Shown: positions 44,317-57,885, counted from the first letter of the stretch. The stretch: DNA of 64,000 bases from Salpingoeca rosetta (GCA_033442325.1 JAWQFM010000030.1:240450-304449); one strand, 5' to 3'. Program-made: numbers and translations. The notes: generated from the sequence alone by a model not told the origin.

Positions 44317-46993
44317 GGACAAAGACGGGAACCCACCATGGCTGTATCGTGGTGCCTTGCTCGAGCCGTAAATGGCCGCCTCAATTGCAGCGGTGGACAT
44401 TTCATCCAGTGCATTGCCGCCGTTATCCTCGTCGTCGTCTTCATCCTCGGAGGACTGCCATTGTCGACATACAGGCTTTGGTGAGTCACAACAAACACGA
44501 AGCTTAGGGTAGGTAGCAGGTGCATGCACTTGTATGTATCAGCACACGTCAGCCCCGCACACACACACACACACACACATCACAACCTGTTGCCCCTCTC
44601 TGCACCCTTCGGCCCTCCCTCCTCTTCACTCCAACTGCTTCATCCTACCGATCCGAATTCATCGCTGTCGTAGCTGGTGAGGGTTTGCACGGTCGTCTGA
44701 TCCAGTTTCGGCGATTGCACGAGCATCACCTCGCTCACGCCGCCACTGGCCTCACCATCACTCGTCTTTGTCGGCGACAGGACAATGCTGGTTGTGCTGA
44801 GGTTGTGGGCGTCACTTCTCGCCATCTCAGCAAAGCTGGCGTTGTTGCTGCCGGCGTTGTAGGCATTATCAACTTCCACGTTTGACGCTGACGATGGCGC
44901 AATGCCCGTGGCGCCTGCAGCTGTTGCGAGTGTGTGTGGTGGGGTGGGCGTGGCCTTGTCTGCAAGCACGTTCCGCGTGGATGGCCCAAACAGCAGCGGG
45001 CTTTCGCTCTGGAACGACGCGTTGTGTGTCCTCGGCGATGCCAGCAATGCCTGGTCAAGTCCATCCCCATCATTACCACCATCACCGCTCGTGTTCCCGT
45101 TACCAGCACCAACGCCGTAACCAAAGTTGCTGCGACGCGCAATCGCACTCGCACGTGACGGGGACGCTGCGACTGAAGCAGTGGCAGGAGCCGTCTGGTT
45201 GAGTGTGTTGGTGTTGGTGGCATAACCAGCGCTGCTGGTGTGCATGACACGTGCTGCGTTCGGGGAGGAGGAAGACCCAAGCACATGCTGGTTCGTTGCC
45301 GGTGTGCGTTCGTCAAACACCAACTGCTGACGTGAAGACTGTGCACTGCCGCCAGCGCCGCGACCAAACCACCCATGTTGTTGTTGCTGTTGTTGTTGTT
45401 GCTGCTGTTGTTGCTGGTGTTGTTGTTGAGGGCTAAGCGGGAACTGAAACCTGTTGATGAGGTGAGGATGCTGCTGCTGCTGTTGCTGCTGTGATTGTGC
45501 CTGGACGTTGGAAGAGTGCAGGGGGCTGTTGTATGCCGTGGTGTTCGCTGATGCCGGGGCAAGTGCAGATCGCAGGGGCGACAGTGCTGATGAGAGTGGC
45601 AGCTCCGGCATGGAGGCGGATCCAAGGCCACGCAGCGGTGACGGCGGTGCAAACGGCGATGGTGAAAACGGGTGCACACGCCCTTGCTGCTGCTGCTGCT
45701 GCTGCTGGTGGTGGTGGTGATAAACAGCACCGCTGCCACCATTCAGGTGGGCTGGAATGACAAGTTGCGGTTGGCTTCGCTGGGTGACAGGACCACCCGT
45801 GTATGGCAGCGTCATGTCCACGGATTTGACACCAGCACTTCGCAGCGGCGACCCAGGACTGCTGCCCCACCGCCGTCGTGGCGACTTGTGCTGCTGCTGC
45901 TGTTGGTGGTGCCATGCGTGCGGGGTCTGTGCAGCGGAGGCGCTGGCGTTGTTGGGCGCATTGGCACCAGCACTGATACCACCGGCACGACGGCTGCTGT
46001 GGGCTGATGCGGGGGCAGACGTGTTGAGCAAGTCAAGCACGCTCGCATTGGCAGCATCACGCGTGTCATCATGGCTGTATGCAAAGTGGCTGGGGAGGGT
46101 CACGGAGAGTGGTGAGGTACCGCAATCGCGCATGACAACAGCACCAGCACGCCGGCGGTGGCTTCCGTGTTTGGACACACCACCACGCGATGGGGACGCT
46201 GCTGCTGATGATGACGACGACACAGCCACCAAACGCTCCACATCGCTGCCGAGGGAGGAAGGATTCGTGCTTGCGGGGAAGCGGAGAACAGGGACACCTT
46301 TCTGGTTGACCAGAAACAGCTCAAAGTTGTCCTTGACAAAGATGCCGTGTGGAGACTGTTCACGAAGCGTGTTGCGCAAATAGCGGAACAGCGGGCTCGC
46401 ATCAGGCCCGTTGACACGCACCTGCATTGGTGGTGTTGCGGTGAGGAGTTGGGTGGGGGGGGGGGACAAGTGCGATGGGAGTGGAGGGAGGGGTGGGATG
46501 TACGTCAGTTGTGTTGAAGGCGAAAGATCAAGAACATGCACATGTCTTTGAGCTTGATGCATGTATCGTGCACATCCATACATACACACACACACGCACG
46601 CACACATATCACATGGCAAGCGCACGCACCGTCTTGTGCACATCAAAGGTGATGTTGAGATCCTCAATCATTGCGCGCGTGTCCTCCTCGTCGTCATCTT
46701 CGCCTTCAAATTGGACGCACGGGAACGCACAGATGCAAAGCCCACGGTCCTTGAACCTGCGGAGACAAAGAACAGAAAGATGATACAGAAGCGAAGGGGG
46801 GGGGGGGAGCAAAACGATTGTGCAAAAGGATAATAAGAGGGGGGAGGGAGTGAGTGTTTGGGTGTGAAGGGGAGAGTTGTGACGTGTGATAGGCGGGGGA
46901 TTTGATGGGGGCAAGATAATCTCTCGCAACGTTGGCGCACGCATGAAGGCGATGAAGTCGACCACACACATACACATACACACACACACACAA

Positions 46994-47063
<70 letters not shown>

Positions 47064-47831
47064 GTTGTAGAGGCTTTGCAGCTGCGTCATCTTCTTTGTC
47101 GCTTCCTTGTCCTTGCACGATACGTTGGTGATAAGTAGGACAGTATCCTTGTACACGTCCATGGAGAGTGGCTTGTTCGCGCGAGTGAACACGGAATACT
47201 GATACACGTTCTTTGCCAGGGAGAAGTCATCCTGAAACAACGCATGCGCAAGTTAGTGTGTGTAGGTGCGAGTGAGAGTGAGAGTGAGTGTGTGCGTGCG
47301 TGAGAGAGTGCGTGTGTGTGAACAGGAACACGTCACATGTGTTAGGGTGCGTGCGTGCGTGAGCGAGAAGCACTTGATCAGATGTAAGAGTGGCACTTGC
47401 AAGCCCATCTCCGCCTGCCCTCACTGCACACACACACACACACACACACACGCCATTTCCTCACTTTTGCCGTCTCGTGGTACTCTGCACCGGCCTCCAC
47501 CAGCGCGTGTATCCACATCTCTTGCTCCTCGGGCGAGCGCGCCGATGCCTGCAGGCAAATGTGCTTGTGGTCGGGGCCTGTCACGCCCAGCACAAAGCCG
47601 TTCTTCGTCTTGTTGGGCTGTGCATAGCGCACGCGAAAGGGCGCGGGCTTGCTGAAGAGGCGCACAAACCCCAGCGGCTGTGATGACCGCTCGGAGCTGA
47701 AGTGGTAGATGATGACGCGTGATGGCGATGGTGCAGAGAGAACGCAGAACAGCTTCTTCCACCCGAGGCGCCGGCTCTTCCGGCGCACGGACAGCCACCC
47801 ATACATCAGCGTCTACGTGTTGGTGTGTGTT

Positions 47832-47874
<43 letters not shown>

Positions 47875-48361
47875 GTTTGTGAGGGGGAGGGGGGAAGAGG
47901 ATGAGAGGAGGCGCAAGTATTGACATGTGTGCGCGAGTGCAAAACACAACGCGACGAGTCAAAGCAATACAAGAATGCATGCAAGGCATCATTAGGAGTG
48001 TCAGTAGCAAAACAAGCAAGGAGGCCATGTTTTGCACCCGCACGTGTTCTTCGGCAATCAGCGAGCGAACGGAGGGCAGATGATGGTGCTCTGGTCCAGT
48101 CAACCTGATGTGTCGCATCAGGTAGGAGAGAAGGTAGGTAGAGTCATATGAGCATGGTGCCATATGAAATGATTGCGTCATCCGGTTTCTTGTGTCCCCT
48201 GGTCACGCACTGGTAAGTCCATGTAACACAACACGACACAGGACAACACACAACACAACACGCACCTGAAGACGAGGGATGGCGAGTCTGCGAAATCCTT
48301 TGCGTCTGGAATGGAGTGGATGAGATTTCCAACGACCAGCAGTTGGCCGGTTTGGATCGCC

Positions 48362-48408
<47 letters not shown>

Positions 48409-49072
48409 TGCATGCGTGTGTGTATGTGAGTATACGACGAATTGTTGAGGTATTCAAGAGAAGACCACTGGATAGCATCGAGTAGATGTGCTTTGAGCCA
48501 TGTGTGCACACTGCAAAAGCGACCATCATTTTTGCTCAGGAGCAGCGCATGTATGTCAATGACCACAGCACGCACATGGCGATAAACAAAAGTGCAAACC
48601 CACAAGAAAAGGGCCGACCCGCACCAAGCAGAACACACATGCAACCACACCTCTTCGCGTGTGTCTGCACGATCCGTGGCCACGAGCCAGTTGACAATGT
48701 CAGCGCCCGTCTGTGCGCATGGGGAGTGATTGTTCGTGTATGTCAAACGAGGCAGTTTATGTGAGGGAGTAAGTCAAGAAAAAAAGCAATGTCGCGCACA
48801 ACACGCGACAAAGAACACGCACAGGCGTTGACACTCACACACGCTGTCATGCACACGCTTGGAAGCCATCACCACCCAACATCCTGCTGCACCATGACGA
48901 CAGCGATCAGCAGCACGTGCTGACTCACCATGGCGTGTTTGGAGTGGGAGAGGAGAGACACGCGTCTGTTTCCTGCCAAACCGGAAGTGCGGAGCTCATC
49001 TGCCGTCCGCTGGATGGAAGCGCGGACCTGCACATACGTAAACACACGAAAACACACGTGAACACATGCAAG

Positions 49073-49112
<40 letters not shown>

Positions 49113-49411
49113 TGCGCGCGCGCGCGCAATAATCATCACACAAACCCACCCAACCAAGCATACCACACCCAACCAAGCACCCGTTCACCCATACACACCC
49201 ATCCGCACCCACACGGTTAAATGCGCACCTCGTCTGGGAGGCTGTCCCATTGCGCGGAGAGCTGCAGCGGTCGCGGTGACGGCGTCAGCACAAGTTCCTC
49301 CAGCGTGCTGCTGCGCTTCCGCCTCCGACCAGCGGGAACACTTACGGGCGGTGGCGGTACAGACAGCGTGAGCGATGACTTGTGGCCTGCCCTCTTCTTA
49401 GCGGCACTGGT

Positions 49412-49453
<42 letters not shown>

Positions 49454-50560
49454 TGCTGTGGATGAGGTTGTGGACGCTGCTGTGGTGGCGTACGATGCTG
49501 CTGTGCTCATGTTGCTTAGGGTACTGGTCATGGGGTTGCTCGAATGGCTGGTGGTGCTGTACACACCGCTGCCGCTGCCGCTGCTGTTGCTGTTGCTGCT
49601 GTGGCTGTGGCTGTGGCGGATGCCGCTGGCAGTGGACGTCGTTTGGTTGGTGTCGCTGCGCGCACCGCTCGTCCGGCTCACGCTGTCGTCAACAGCACCG
49701 CTGCCACGTCCACAATGAACATGTTCATGCTCATCATCACCATCACCATCCTCGCCATCCGTGTCAGCGACGAGGTCACGTACTGCCTGCCACGCGCCAT
49801 CAAAGTCGCTGAAGGCATCATCGCTGTCGTGGACGGTGGACGATGCTGCAGGTGTCACCAGTAGCACGTGCGCTGTGTTGCCGCTGCTGCCGCTGCGGCT
49901 GGCGCTGTCGCTGTCGTTGGTGTGTGCGGCACCGCTATCGCTGTGGCTTCTGGCTGTGGCTCCCTTTGCCTTCTTGTTGCGCTTGCGTTCCTTCTTCTGT
50001 TGTTTCCGTTGTTTCTTCAGCTGCTTCTTGTCCTTCTTTGTCTCCTTCTTCTTGGATGTCAGAGCGGCAGCATCGTCATCGCGCTTGCTGTCGTCGTCAT
50101 TGTCGCTGCTGCCAGCAGCATGGGTGGTGGTGGTGGTGGTGGTGTTGATACCGGTGATGGAAGATGGGGGCGGCCTCGGTACGTCCACATCTTTCATTAC
50201 TGCAGCGGTCGTTTGTGTGGTGGCCGTGGTGTTGGCGAGTGGGGGAGCGTTGTATGTTGCTTCGTATGCGTTGGTTGTGTTTGAGGTGGGCGATACCTCT
50301 GCATCCAGCACATCTCCTCGTCCTCCTCCTCGAACCTCCTCCTGCTGCTGCTGCTGCTGCTGTGGGAGGGTGTCAGTCTTGGCGGGAGGTGGTGCGGTGT
50401 CGCCTGTTCCGCCCACGCTGATAGCGGACGAGAACATTTGCGGAATTGATCGGTTCATGTGTTCTTGTGGCGTCTGGTGCTGGTGGTGCTGCTGTAGTTG
50501 GTGCTGCTGTAGTTGGTGTTGTTGGTGTTGGTGTTGTTGTTGTTGGTGGTTCTGTACCAT
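42597..50560 (-). CDS. Multi-exon DEP + PH + glutathione-peroxidase-fold protein with long disordered termini (5' end uncertain)
   Basis: DEP ~49030-48266 (TGADIVNWLV..TREEAIQTGQLLVVGNLIHSI..FADS..FR); PH ~47812-47465 (YGWLSVR..WKKLFCVL..PLGFVRL..EQEMWIHAL); GPx ~47232-46225 (VLLITNVS, AFPCVQF, VNGPDASPLFRYL, NFELFLVNQKG). Downstream exons stay in phase to RSTFV* at 42597. Confidence 0.8.
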
Positions 50561-50595
50561 GTCCAAACCAAAAGCGCCTTCCTGTCAAGGATTGT

Positions 50596-50668
<73 letters not shown>

Positions 50669-52037
50669 AATGATGTGAGGATGTGAGTGACAAGGGTTTG
50701 ACGCGGGGAGGTGGTCATCACGTGAGTGGGGAAAACGCTCGCAGCAAGGGAACGAAGATGTGGTGGGCACGAACCAGATTCAAAGAGAGAGGGAGTGAGA
50801 GATGAGTGAGAGGGGGGGAGGAGAGAGCAACCAGGAGGAAACACACAAAATGATCATTGCAGGCAAGCTGTCACTGCCATTCATGCATGTGTGTGTGTGT
50901 GTGTGTGTGCGCGCGTCTTTCACTCACACACACACACACTTGTGCACCGACCAGTGATGGGAAAAAAGGCAACACACACGCACACACTCTCTCATGAACA
51001 CGCAGAAAGAGGATGCAGTTGCAGCAGGAGCCAACATGAAACCCACGGTCGTGCTCATCACTGACCACGGCAGCTGCACAACAACACAACAACGGCACTC
51101 TCGTTGTCACAACCACAATAGCAGCCGCCTCTGTCGACCCCTCCTCCAACACAACCACATTAGCTCTGTGTACCTCTTGTTGCTTGTCTGGTCTCTCGCC
51201 AGCGCAGGTCAGGATGGCGGTGTGCGAGAGTGTGGCGGGAAAAGTGCTCTGCGCCGCCGAATCCCGTATGTCGTCACTCAGGTGATTGGCTGCTTGTTGT
51301 GGTGACTGACAAAAAAGCCACCAACAACCAACCGCTGGTGTGCTGTGGGTCGGAGATGTTGCTGCGCACACGCACAACAAACCACAATGAAACGACAGCA
51401 GCTGCAGCTGATGATGATGATGCAAAGTCACACGCAGTCTTTGCTTTTCCGTTTGGTTGTGTGGTTGGGCCGTGCCCCTCTCCACCGTTCTTCTGTCAGC
51501 TTTCGCTCAAATGTCACTGCCACTTTTCGCTGTTGCCACAACCAGTACGGCTTTGGGAGTCGCAGGGTTGTGTTCGTCGTCTCGTTGCCTCTCTTCGCTG
51601 GTTGTCTCTCTCTCCGCCTCCGACCTCTGGTTTGTGTTGTTGATGTGAAGACGCACAACCACAACCACTCGCCACCACTCGCCACCACTCGAAACCGTTG
51701 TTGCTGGGGTTGTGTGTGATTGCGAATGTGCTGGTCAGGTTTTAGGGCACGTTTTGCTTCGAATCTGCCTTGGTGGCGTTGAGGAGCTCACTTCGCCACC
51801 ACACACGCCGTCAGGCAAAAGTCCTCTTGCGTCTGTGCCTGGGTCTTTGCTGGCTTGCTTGCCTGTCTCCCTCTCCTCCTCCTCTGCTTGCTTGGTTGGT
51901 TGCTGTACCTTGCTTGCTTGTCCGTTCAAGGACTTGCTCGACGATGATGCTGATGGTGCTGGTGTTGTTGTTGATGCTGGTGCGGCACAACGGGCAGGAG
52001 AGGAGGTGCAGCGTCCGTTAAGGATGCGTGAATGCAG

Positions 52038-52052
52038 TTTGAATTTGGCGGC
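52038..52052 (+). promoter_or_regulatory. Candidate CHR/E2F-like promoter element TTTGAATTTGGCGGC
   Basis: About 340 bp upstream of ATG 52392; identical to 1695-1709. Confidence 0.4.
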
Positions 52053-52274
52053 GGTGGTGGGGCTCGAAATTTTTTCGGGCAGCGAAAATATCGATTGTGG
52101 TGTCGCGTATGTGCACAGGAAAGACAAATCTGCCTTTGTTGAAAAGTCAAACTTGCCTTCCAGTCAATCAAGCCAGAGAGAACGAGAGAAGGTGGCGGCG
52201 CCGCACAACAAACACAAACACCACCCACCAAAGACACACACAACACACACACACACACTCACACACACGCACAC

Positions 52275-52312
<38 letters not shown>

Positions 52313-52391
52313 ACACGCACACACTCACACACACACTCACACACACACTCACACACACACACACACACTCACACTCACCCTCACACGTGAT

Positions 52392-54463
52392 ATGGAAGAG
52401 CCACAGTCACCGCCACAGGCGCAGCAGCCGCCAGATGAGCCTGCACCACCACGTCCCGTGCCACGACCAAGGCGGCGATCATCGGCCTCATTGCAACCAC
52501 AGCAACAACACGTGGAACAGCAACCACGAGACGTGGAACAAACACAGCCAGAGCAGGCACAAAGCATGCACCCACAAACACAGCAGCAACAAGAAGAAGA
52601 CCAACCACACATTCCACAGCAAGAGACACCGGTACACAGCCATGCTGAGGATGGCGGCCAAAACGACGCTGCTCACACCACCCATGATGCTGCTGACACA
52701 ACCACTGATGCTGCCGATATCGCCGATGATGCTGGTGTTGCGGAAGATGGACCCCAGGCCAAGCTCAGGATGCAGCGAAGCAACCCCATGTTGACCAACG
52801 TAGTGCGACACAGCGTCACCAGCTCATATGGCGTGCACAGCACTCGCCCTCGCGTGCAAAAGGTACACCTGACGCTGCACACATATGCACGTGTGTGTGT
52901 GTGTGCGTGTGTGTGTTGGACACTTGTGGAATGAATGACTGTGCTTGTGGTTGCGTTTTGTTGTGTTTCTTGTGGGTGACTGTATGACTCGACCTGTGCG
53001 CCCGCGGTTGCGCGCGCCGTTGTTCTCACACCACCCGCCCTGCACGGCAGGTGCGCAAGTCATATGCGGAGCGAAAGCTGGAACGCATGGAGGAAGAAGC
53101 GCGGCAAGCACGGTTGGTGGAGGAGCAGCTGGAGCGTGAGCGAATGGCCAAGGAACAGGCCGAGAAAGAGCAGGCACAGCAGGCAGAGAGGGAGAGGGAG
53201 GAACAGGAGAGAGAAGAGAGGGAGAGGGAGGAGTTGGAACGCCTGCGCGCGTTGAAGCCAACAGCACCGCCAGCACCCGTCCATGTGGCCGAAGAAGGCA
53301 CCAGCGGTGACAGCACCGACCATATCCATGGCAGTGGCCACAGTGATGGCGGCCATGATGACAGCAATGAAGACGACAACTACAGCAGCAGCTCCAGTGA
53401 CAACGACGACGAAGATGAGGTGGAGGTGGAGTTGGAAGAAGGAGAAGAAGAAGGAGGAAGGGCAGGGGAGGGCGACGATAGCGCCACCACCGACTCCTCC
53501 GTGCAGCCGCCAGCACACCACCCCGGTGACGTGTTTGGCGGCGGCGGTGACGATGAGGACATTCCCCCGCCCAGCCCCGCGTGCTCCAACCTGCTGGCAC
53601 CAACAGACGAGCTGGCCAAGCGGTGTGCCGTGTTGCATCGCGCCCTGGCGTCCCCTGCGCAGCCTCGGCGACAGTGCAGCAGCACCTCCGCCCTTGCGCA
53701 GGCGTCGTCATCGTCATCGACATCCTCGCTCACGGTCGACACAGCAGCGCCACCCGCCACCTCTGCGTCTGCACCGGCCACGCGCCTCACATCCTCCTCC
53801 GAGTCAACGGCATCGCTCCAGCAGCAGGGCGAAGCACCCGCTGATGCGCACGACACAGCATCATCACCATCACAAGACACAGCACCGCCATCATCATTGC
53901 CACAAGACACATCATTTTCATCGTCACATGCATCGCCAACATCGACGGCAGCGGCGGCCGTTGCGCGCATGCGTTCCTCCACATCGTCGTCGTCGTCAGC
54001 AGTTGCAGCACGCGAGGCGCGACGCGCAAGCAGGGCACAGCAGCAGGGCGACCAGTTGCAGGGCGTCCCGGAGGACAGCGCTGTGCAGCAGCAGCAGCCA
54101 TTGCCTGCAGGCATGCAAGCGCGGCCCATGTCTGTGCTGGACATGAACCTTGATCTCTCCCCGGAGGAGCTGACCTTGATTGGAAAGGAGTGCCTGTCCC
54201 TGCAAACGACGGTTGGCGAGGTGAAGGTTGCCATTTTGGAGCACAAGCCCATCCCGCACAACTTGATTGCGTCAGACGTGAAACACCTGGAGCAGCGTGT
54301 GCAGCTGCTGGGTGGAAACACCACGTCCTTCCTGCAAAAGCGGCGTGCCAGCATCAGGGAAACGCCAGAGCAACGCAAGGTGTGCTTGTGTGCGTGCGTG
54401 TGTGCGCATGTGTGTGCGTATGTGTGTGCGTGCGTGTGTGCGTGTGTGCGTGAGTGAGTGTGT

Positions 54464-54515
<52 letters not shown>

Positions 54516-54760
54516 TCGTGTGTGTGTGTGTGTGTGAGTGTGGTATGGACAAGGCAGAATGTAAACCTGCCATCTCTCAACTGCATCGCTCACCCTACTT
54601 CGGAAACCACCACCATCATCACCATCACCATCACCGCCACCACCACCATTACCACTGATGACAGGCGCGGATACAGCACGAGCAGATTATGATGGCGCTT
54701 GAGCGAATGCGCATCGCACAGGAGATGCATGAGGAAAACGTCCGCCTCGCCGCGCAGATG

Positions 54761-54827
<67 letters not shown>

Positions 54828-55121
54828 ACCTGTGTGTCTGTGTGTTACATCTGTGTCTGTGTCTTTGTTGGACTGAGTACATGCACATGTGTGCGCGCGC
54901 GCGGGTTTGCACTTTCATGCATGCACGCAAAGGGTTGCGGGTGGTTCAAGCCATCACGGCACTCACGAGTGCCTTTTGTTTAATGAATAGGGAACAAGAG
55001 CGTGAGCTTGGCAAGAAGAAGAAGCGCAAGGTATCAGCTTGTGCGAGTGTGTGACGCTGGTATGCTTGCGTGTTACCTGACAGCCTCGTTTCTTGCAGTG
55101 TGAAGAAGCCGACTATCTTAT

Positions 55122-55189
<68 letters not shown>

Positions 55190-56297
55190 ACGCACTGTTG
55201 CAGAACAAGCCGAAGAAGGTGAAGAAGAAAGAGCTGAAGCGTCTGCTGGCGATTGTGACAGACAGCACCCCAGTTTATGCTGTTGGAACCACATACAAGT
55301 CGCTTCGCTCGCGTGACAAGAAGTTCCTCTCCTTTGACATGAACGAGAAGATTGACATTCTCAGGTGAGGTGGAGCGTAGATGGGGGCAAGGGGCGGGGC
55401 GATGAGTGTTGCGGTTGCTGCTACTGTGTGTGCCTCTTTGTCTCTTTGTCTGCGTGTGTGTGTATGTGTGTGTGTGTGGGTCTCGTTGTCTCTTTGTCTC
55501 TTTGTCTGCGTGCGTTTGCGTGCGTGTGTGTGTGTTTTTGTCTCTTTGTCTCTTTGTCTGCGTGCGTTTGCGTGCGTGTGTGTTGGTGTGTTGCGTAGGT
55601 TAATGAATGCTTTTTCGCACACGTGCGATTCTTCATCTAACACTGCTCCCTTCGCCTTTCTTTTCCATGCTCCGCTCCATCCATCCGTCCGTCCATATTC
55701 CTTTGCTTCAGCATTGATGGCACGCCGTCTGGCCTCTGGGTCTCGCGGAACAAGGACGGACAGGTGTGTGTTTGTGATTGTGATTGTGATTGTGTGTGTG
55801 TGTGTGTTATGCACTGGTGCACTGGTGTACCGAAACCCACCCTCCTATGCCCCGTCTGTAATCCTATCCATCCCTTTCTATGCTTGTCGCTGCCCCTCTT
55901 CTCTCGCCCCTATTTTGTGTTCCCCTTCATGTCCCATTCTTCTCTCCGCCCCGCCCCCCCCCACAACTTCCGCCAGCCACAAACGTGACTCATTTCTTCA
56001 CCCCCCCCCCCCACCGACGCTCACCATTCCTCCCTCCGCCCCCCCCCCCCTTCTTCTCCCTCTCCTCTTCCCAATTAGGTCGGCTTCGTGTACACGGACC
56101 ATTTTCGCATCGAGGCGTCATACGTGAACGAGCGCATGCGTTCCAGCAGCACGACGTCCATCACCAACGCCAACGCCGCCATCACTGCCACTACCAGTGC
56201 GCACGAAGGGGACGGCGGCAGTGGCGTTGGTGGCGCTGGGAGCGACACTGTGGCTGCTGACGGTGTTGACACGCCCACAACTGCACCAGAGGCGTGA
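52392..56297 (+). CDS. Adaptor-like protein: Pro/acidic disordered region, coiled coils and a C-terminal helically extended SH3 domain
   Basis: Exons 55204-55364, 55712-55763 and 56079-56297 give KKKELKRLLAIVTDSTPVYAVGTTYKSLRSRDKKFLSFDMNEKIDILSIDGTPSGLWVSRNKDGQVGFVYTDHFRIE; E/R-rich helix at 53051-53250. Confidence 0.72.
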
Positions 56298-56556
56298 TTC
56301 TGTGTGTGTGCGTGTGTACATGTGTATGTGTGTGTGCATGTGTGCATGCATGTGTGTGCATGTGTGCATGTGTGCATGTGTGTGTGTGTGTTGTCCTGTA
56401 CTTCTTCTTCTCTGTCTCCTTGCTTGCTTGCTTGCCCTGTGTTACCCTTCTTGCCTGTGGTGCATCGCAGACAACACAAACCCACAACCAAACCAACCAA
56501 ACCAACCGAACCAACCAGCCAACCAAAACCACAACCAAAACAACCAACCAACGAAG

Positions 56557-57885
56557 ATGCGACCACGCCCACGCCCCTGCTGCTGCTTGTTGCTTGTTGT
56601 AGTTGTACCCCTCCTCCTCCTCCTGGTCCATCACTGCACTCTTGCCGTCAGCGGCGGTGGCTTGCTCATGGCGGATGAGCAAGGCAACGTGCACCTCAAC
56701 ACAACAAGCAGTGGTGTCAGTCCAGCTGCCAGGGGGCAGGCGCCCAAAGTGGTGCTGAACGGAGTGGATGTGGTGGGCCAGCTGTCGTCAATGGCACGGC
56801 AGACGCAAGCGCTGCAACGCTACTGCGCGCTCCGGCCCCACGCTGTCGACACCACCAGCATCGCAGGCCTCACGGGCACGCGCAAGTGGCAGGGCGGTGT
56901 GCTTGTGCCACGAAACAACAGCAATACTGGCAGCACCACCAACAGCGGCACTGCCGGCACCACCAGTCGCAGTGGCCACGGCACCATCTATGCCATCCCC
57001 AACCTGGCGGACCAAGTGCTGATCATTGACACGCGCACGCGCACAGTAGACACCACGTCCATCACCGGCATCAACGCCGTGGTCGGCCCTGTGGGCGGCG
57101 GCAAGTGGACTGGCGGCGTGCTTGCGCGCAACGGCTTGATTTACTGCACGCCAACAGGCGCGGCCGCTGTGCTCATCATCAACCCCACCACCAACACCAT
57201 CGACCTCACGTCCATTGCCAACCTGCCGAGCGTTCCCAACAAGTGGGTGAAGGGCGCCCTGCTTCCCAACGGCCTCATCTACGCCCCACCTGCTGACGTT
57301 GACAGCATGCTCATCATCGACCCACAGAGCAACACCGCAGACTTGACCAGCATCAGCAGCCTCCCGTCTGGCGAGAAGAAGTGGACGGACATCGTGCTTG
57401 CAGGCAATGGCATGCTCTACTGCATCCCGGGCGCAGCCACCTCCGTGCTTATCGTCGACCCATCCACAAACGCCTTTAATCACACCACCATCGGCGGGTT
57501 CTCCACAACCATCTGGAAATGGGTTGGTGGCGTGCTTGCAGGCAACGGCAAGGTCTACGGCATCCCCTACAACCACCGCGGCGTGCTTGTCATTGACCCG
57601 GCCACCAACACGGCCGACACCACGGCTCTTGGCACGCACGCTGGCATGCTTCCGCTTTGGGCTGGCGGCGTGCTCAGCGAGGACAAGTCGACCATCTACG
57701 GCGTTCCGTTTTCGTCCACGTCCGTGCTGCTCATCGACACGTTGCGGAACACCACCGACACAACAACACTTGCGGGGCTCTCTGACCAGGAGTGGAAGTG
57801 GTCCTTTGGCGTGCTTGCAGGCAACACTGTCTTTGGTATTCCCTTTCAAGCTGACCATGCCCTCATCATCCCCTCACTCTGCTGA
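56557..57885 (+). CDS. Intronless secreted/signal-anchored protein with seven ~47-aa repeats (probable 7-bladed beta-propeller)
   Basis: Hydrophobic N-terminus LLLVVVVPLLLLLV; repeat KWxGGVLAxNGxIYxIPxxAxxVLIIDPxTNTxDxTxI occurs seven times. Confidence 0.85.
   Translation: MRPRPRPCCCLLLVVVVPLLLLLVHHCTLAVSGGGLLMADEQGNVHLNTTSSGVSPAARGQAPKVVLNGVDVVGQLSSMARQTQALQRYCALRPHAVDTTSIAGLTGTRKWQGGVLVPRNNSNTGSTTNSGTAGTTSRSGHGTIYAIPNLADQVLIIDTRTRTVDTTSITGINAVVGPVGGGKWTGGVLARNGLIYCTPTGAAAVLIINPTTNTIDLTSIANLPSVPNKWVKGALLPNGLIYAPPADVDSMLIIDPQSNTADLTSISSLPSGEKKWTDIVLAGNGMLYCIPGAATSVLIVDPSTNAFNHTTIGGFSTTIWKWVGGVLAGNGKVYGIPYNHRGVLVIDPATNTADTTALGTHAGMLPLWAGGVLSEDKSTIYGVPFSSTSVLLIDTLRNTTDTTTLAGLSDQEWKWSFGVLAGNTVFGIPFQADHALIIPSLC

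Noticed and set aside
47109-47111. Selenocysteine in the GPx-like domain
   Set aside because: The codon at the catalytic position is GAC (Asp), not TGA.
56788-57858. 356-aa minus-strand ORF, and similar antisense ORFs at 53380-54573 and 49761-50678
   Set aside because: Antisense shadows of GC3-rich coding exons on the other strand.
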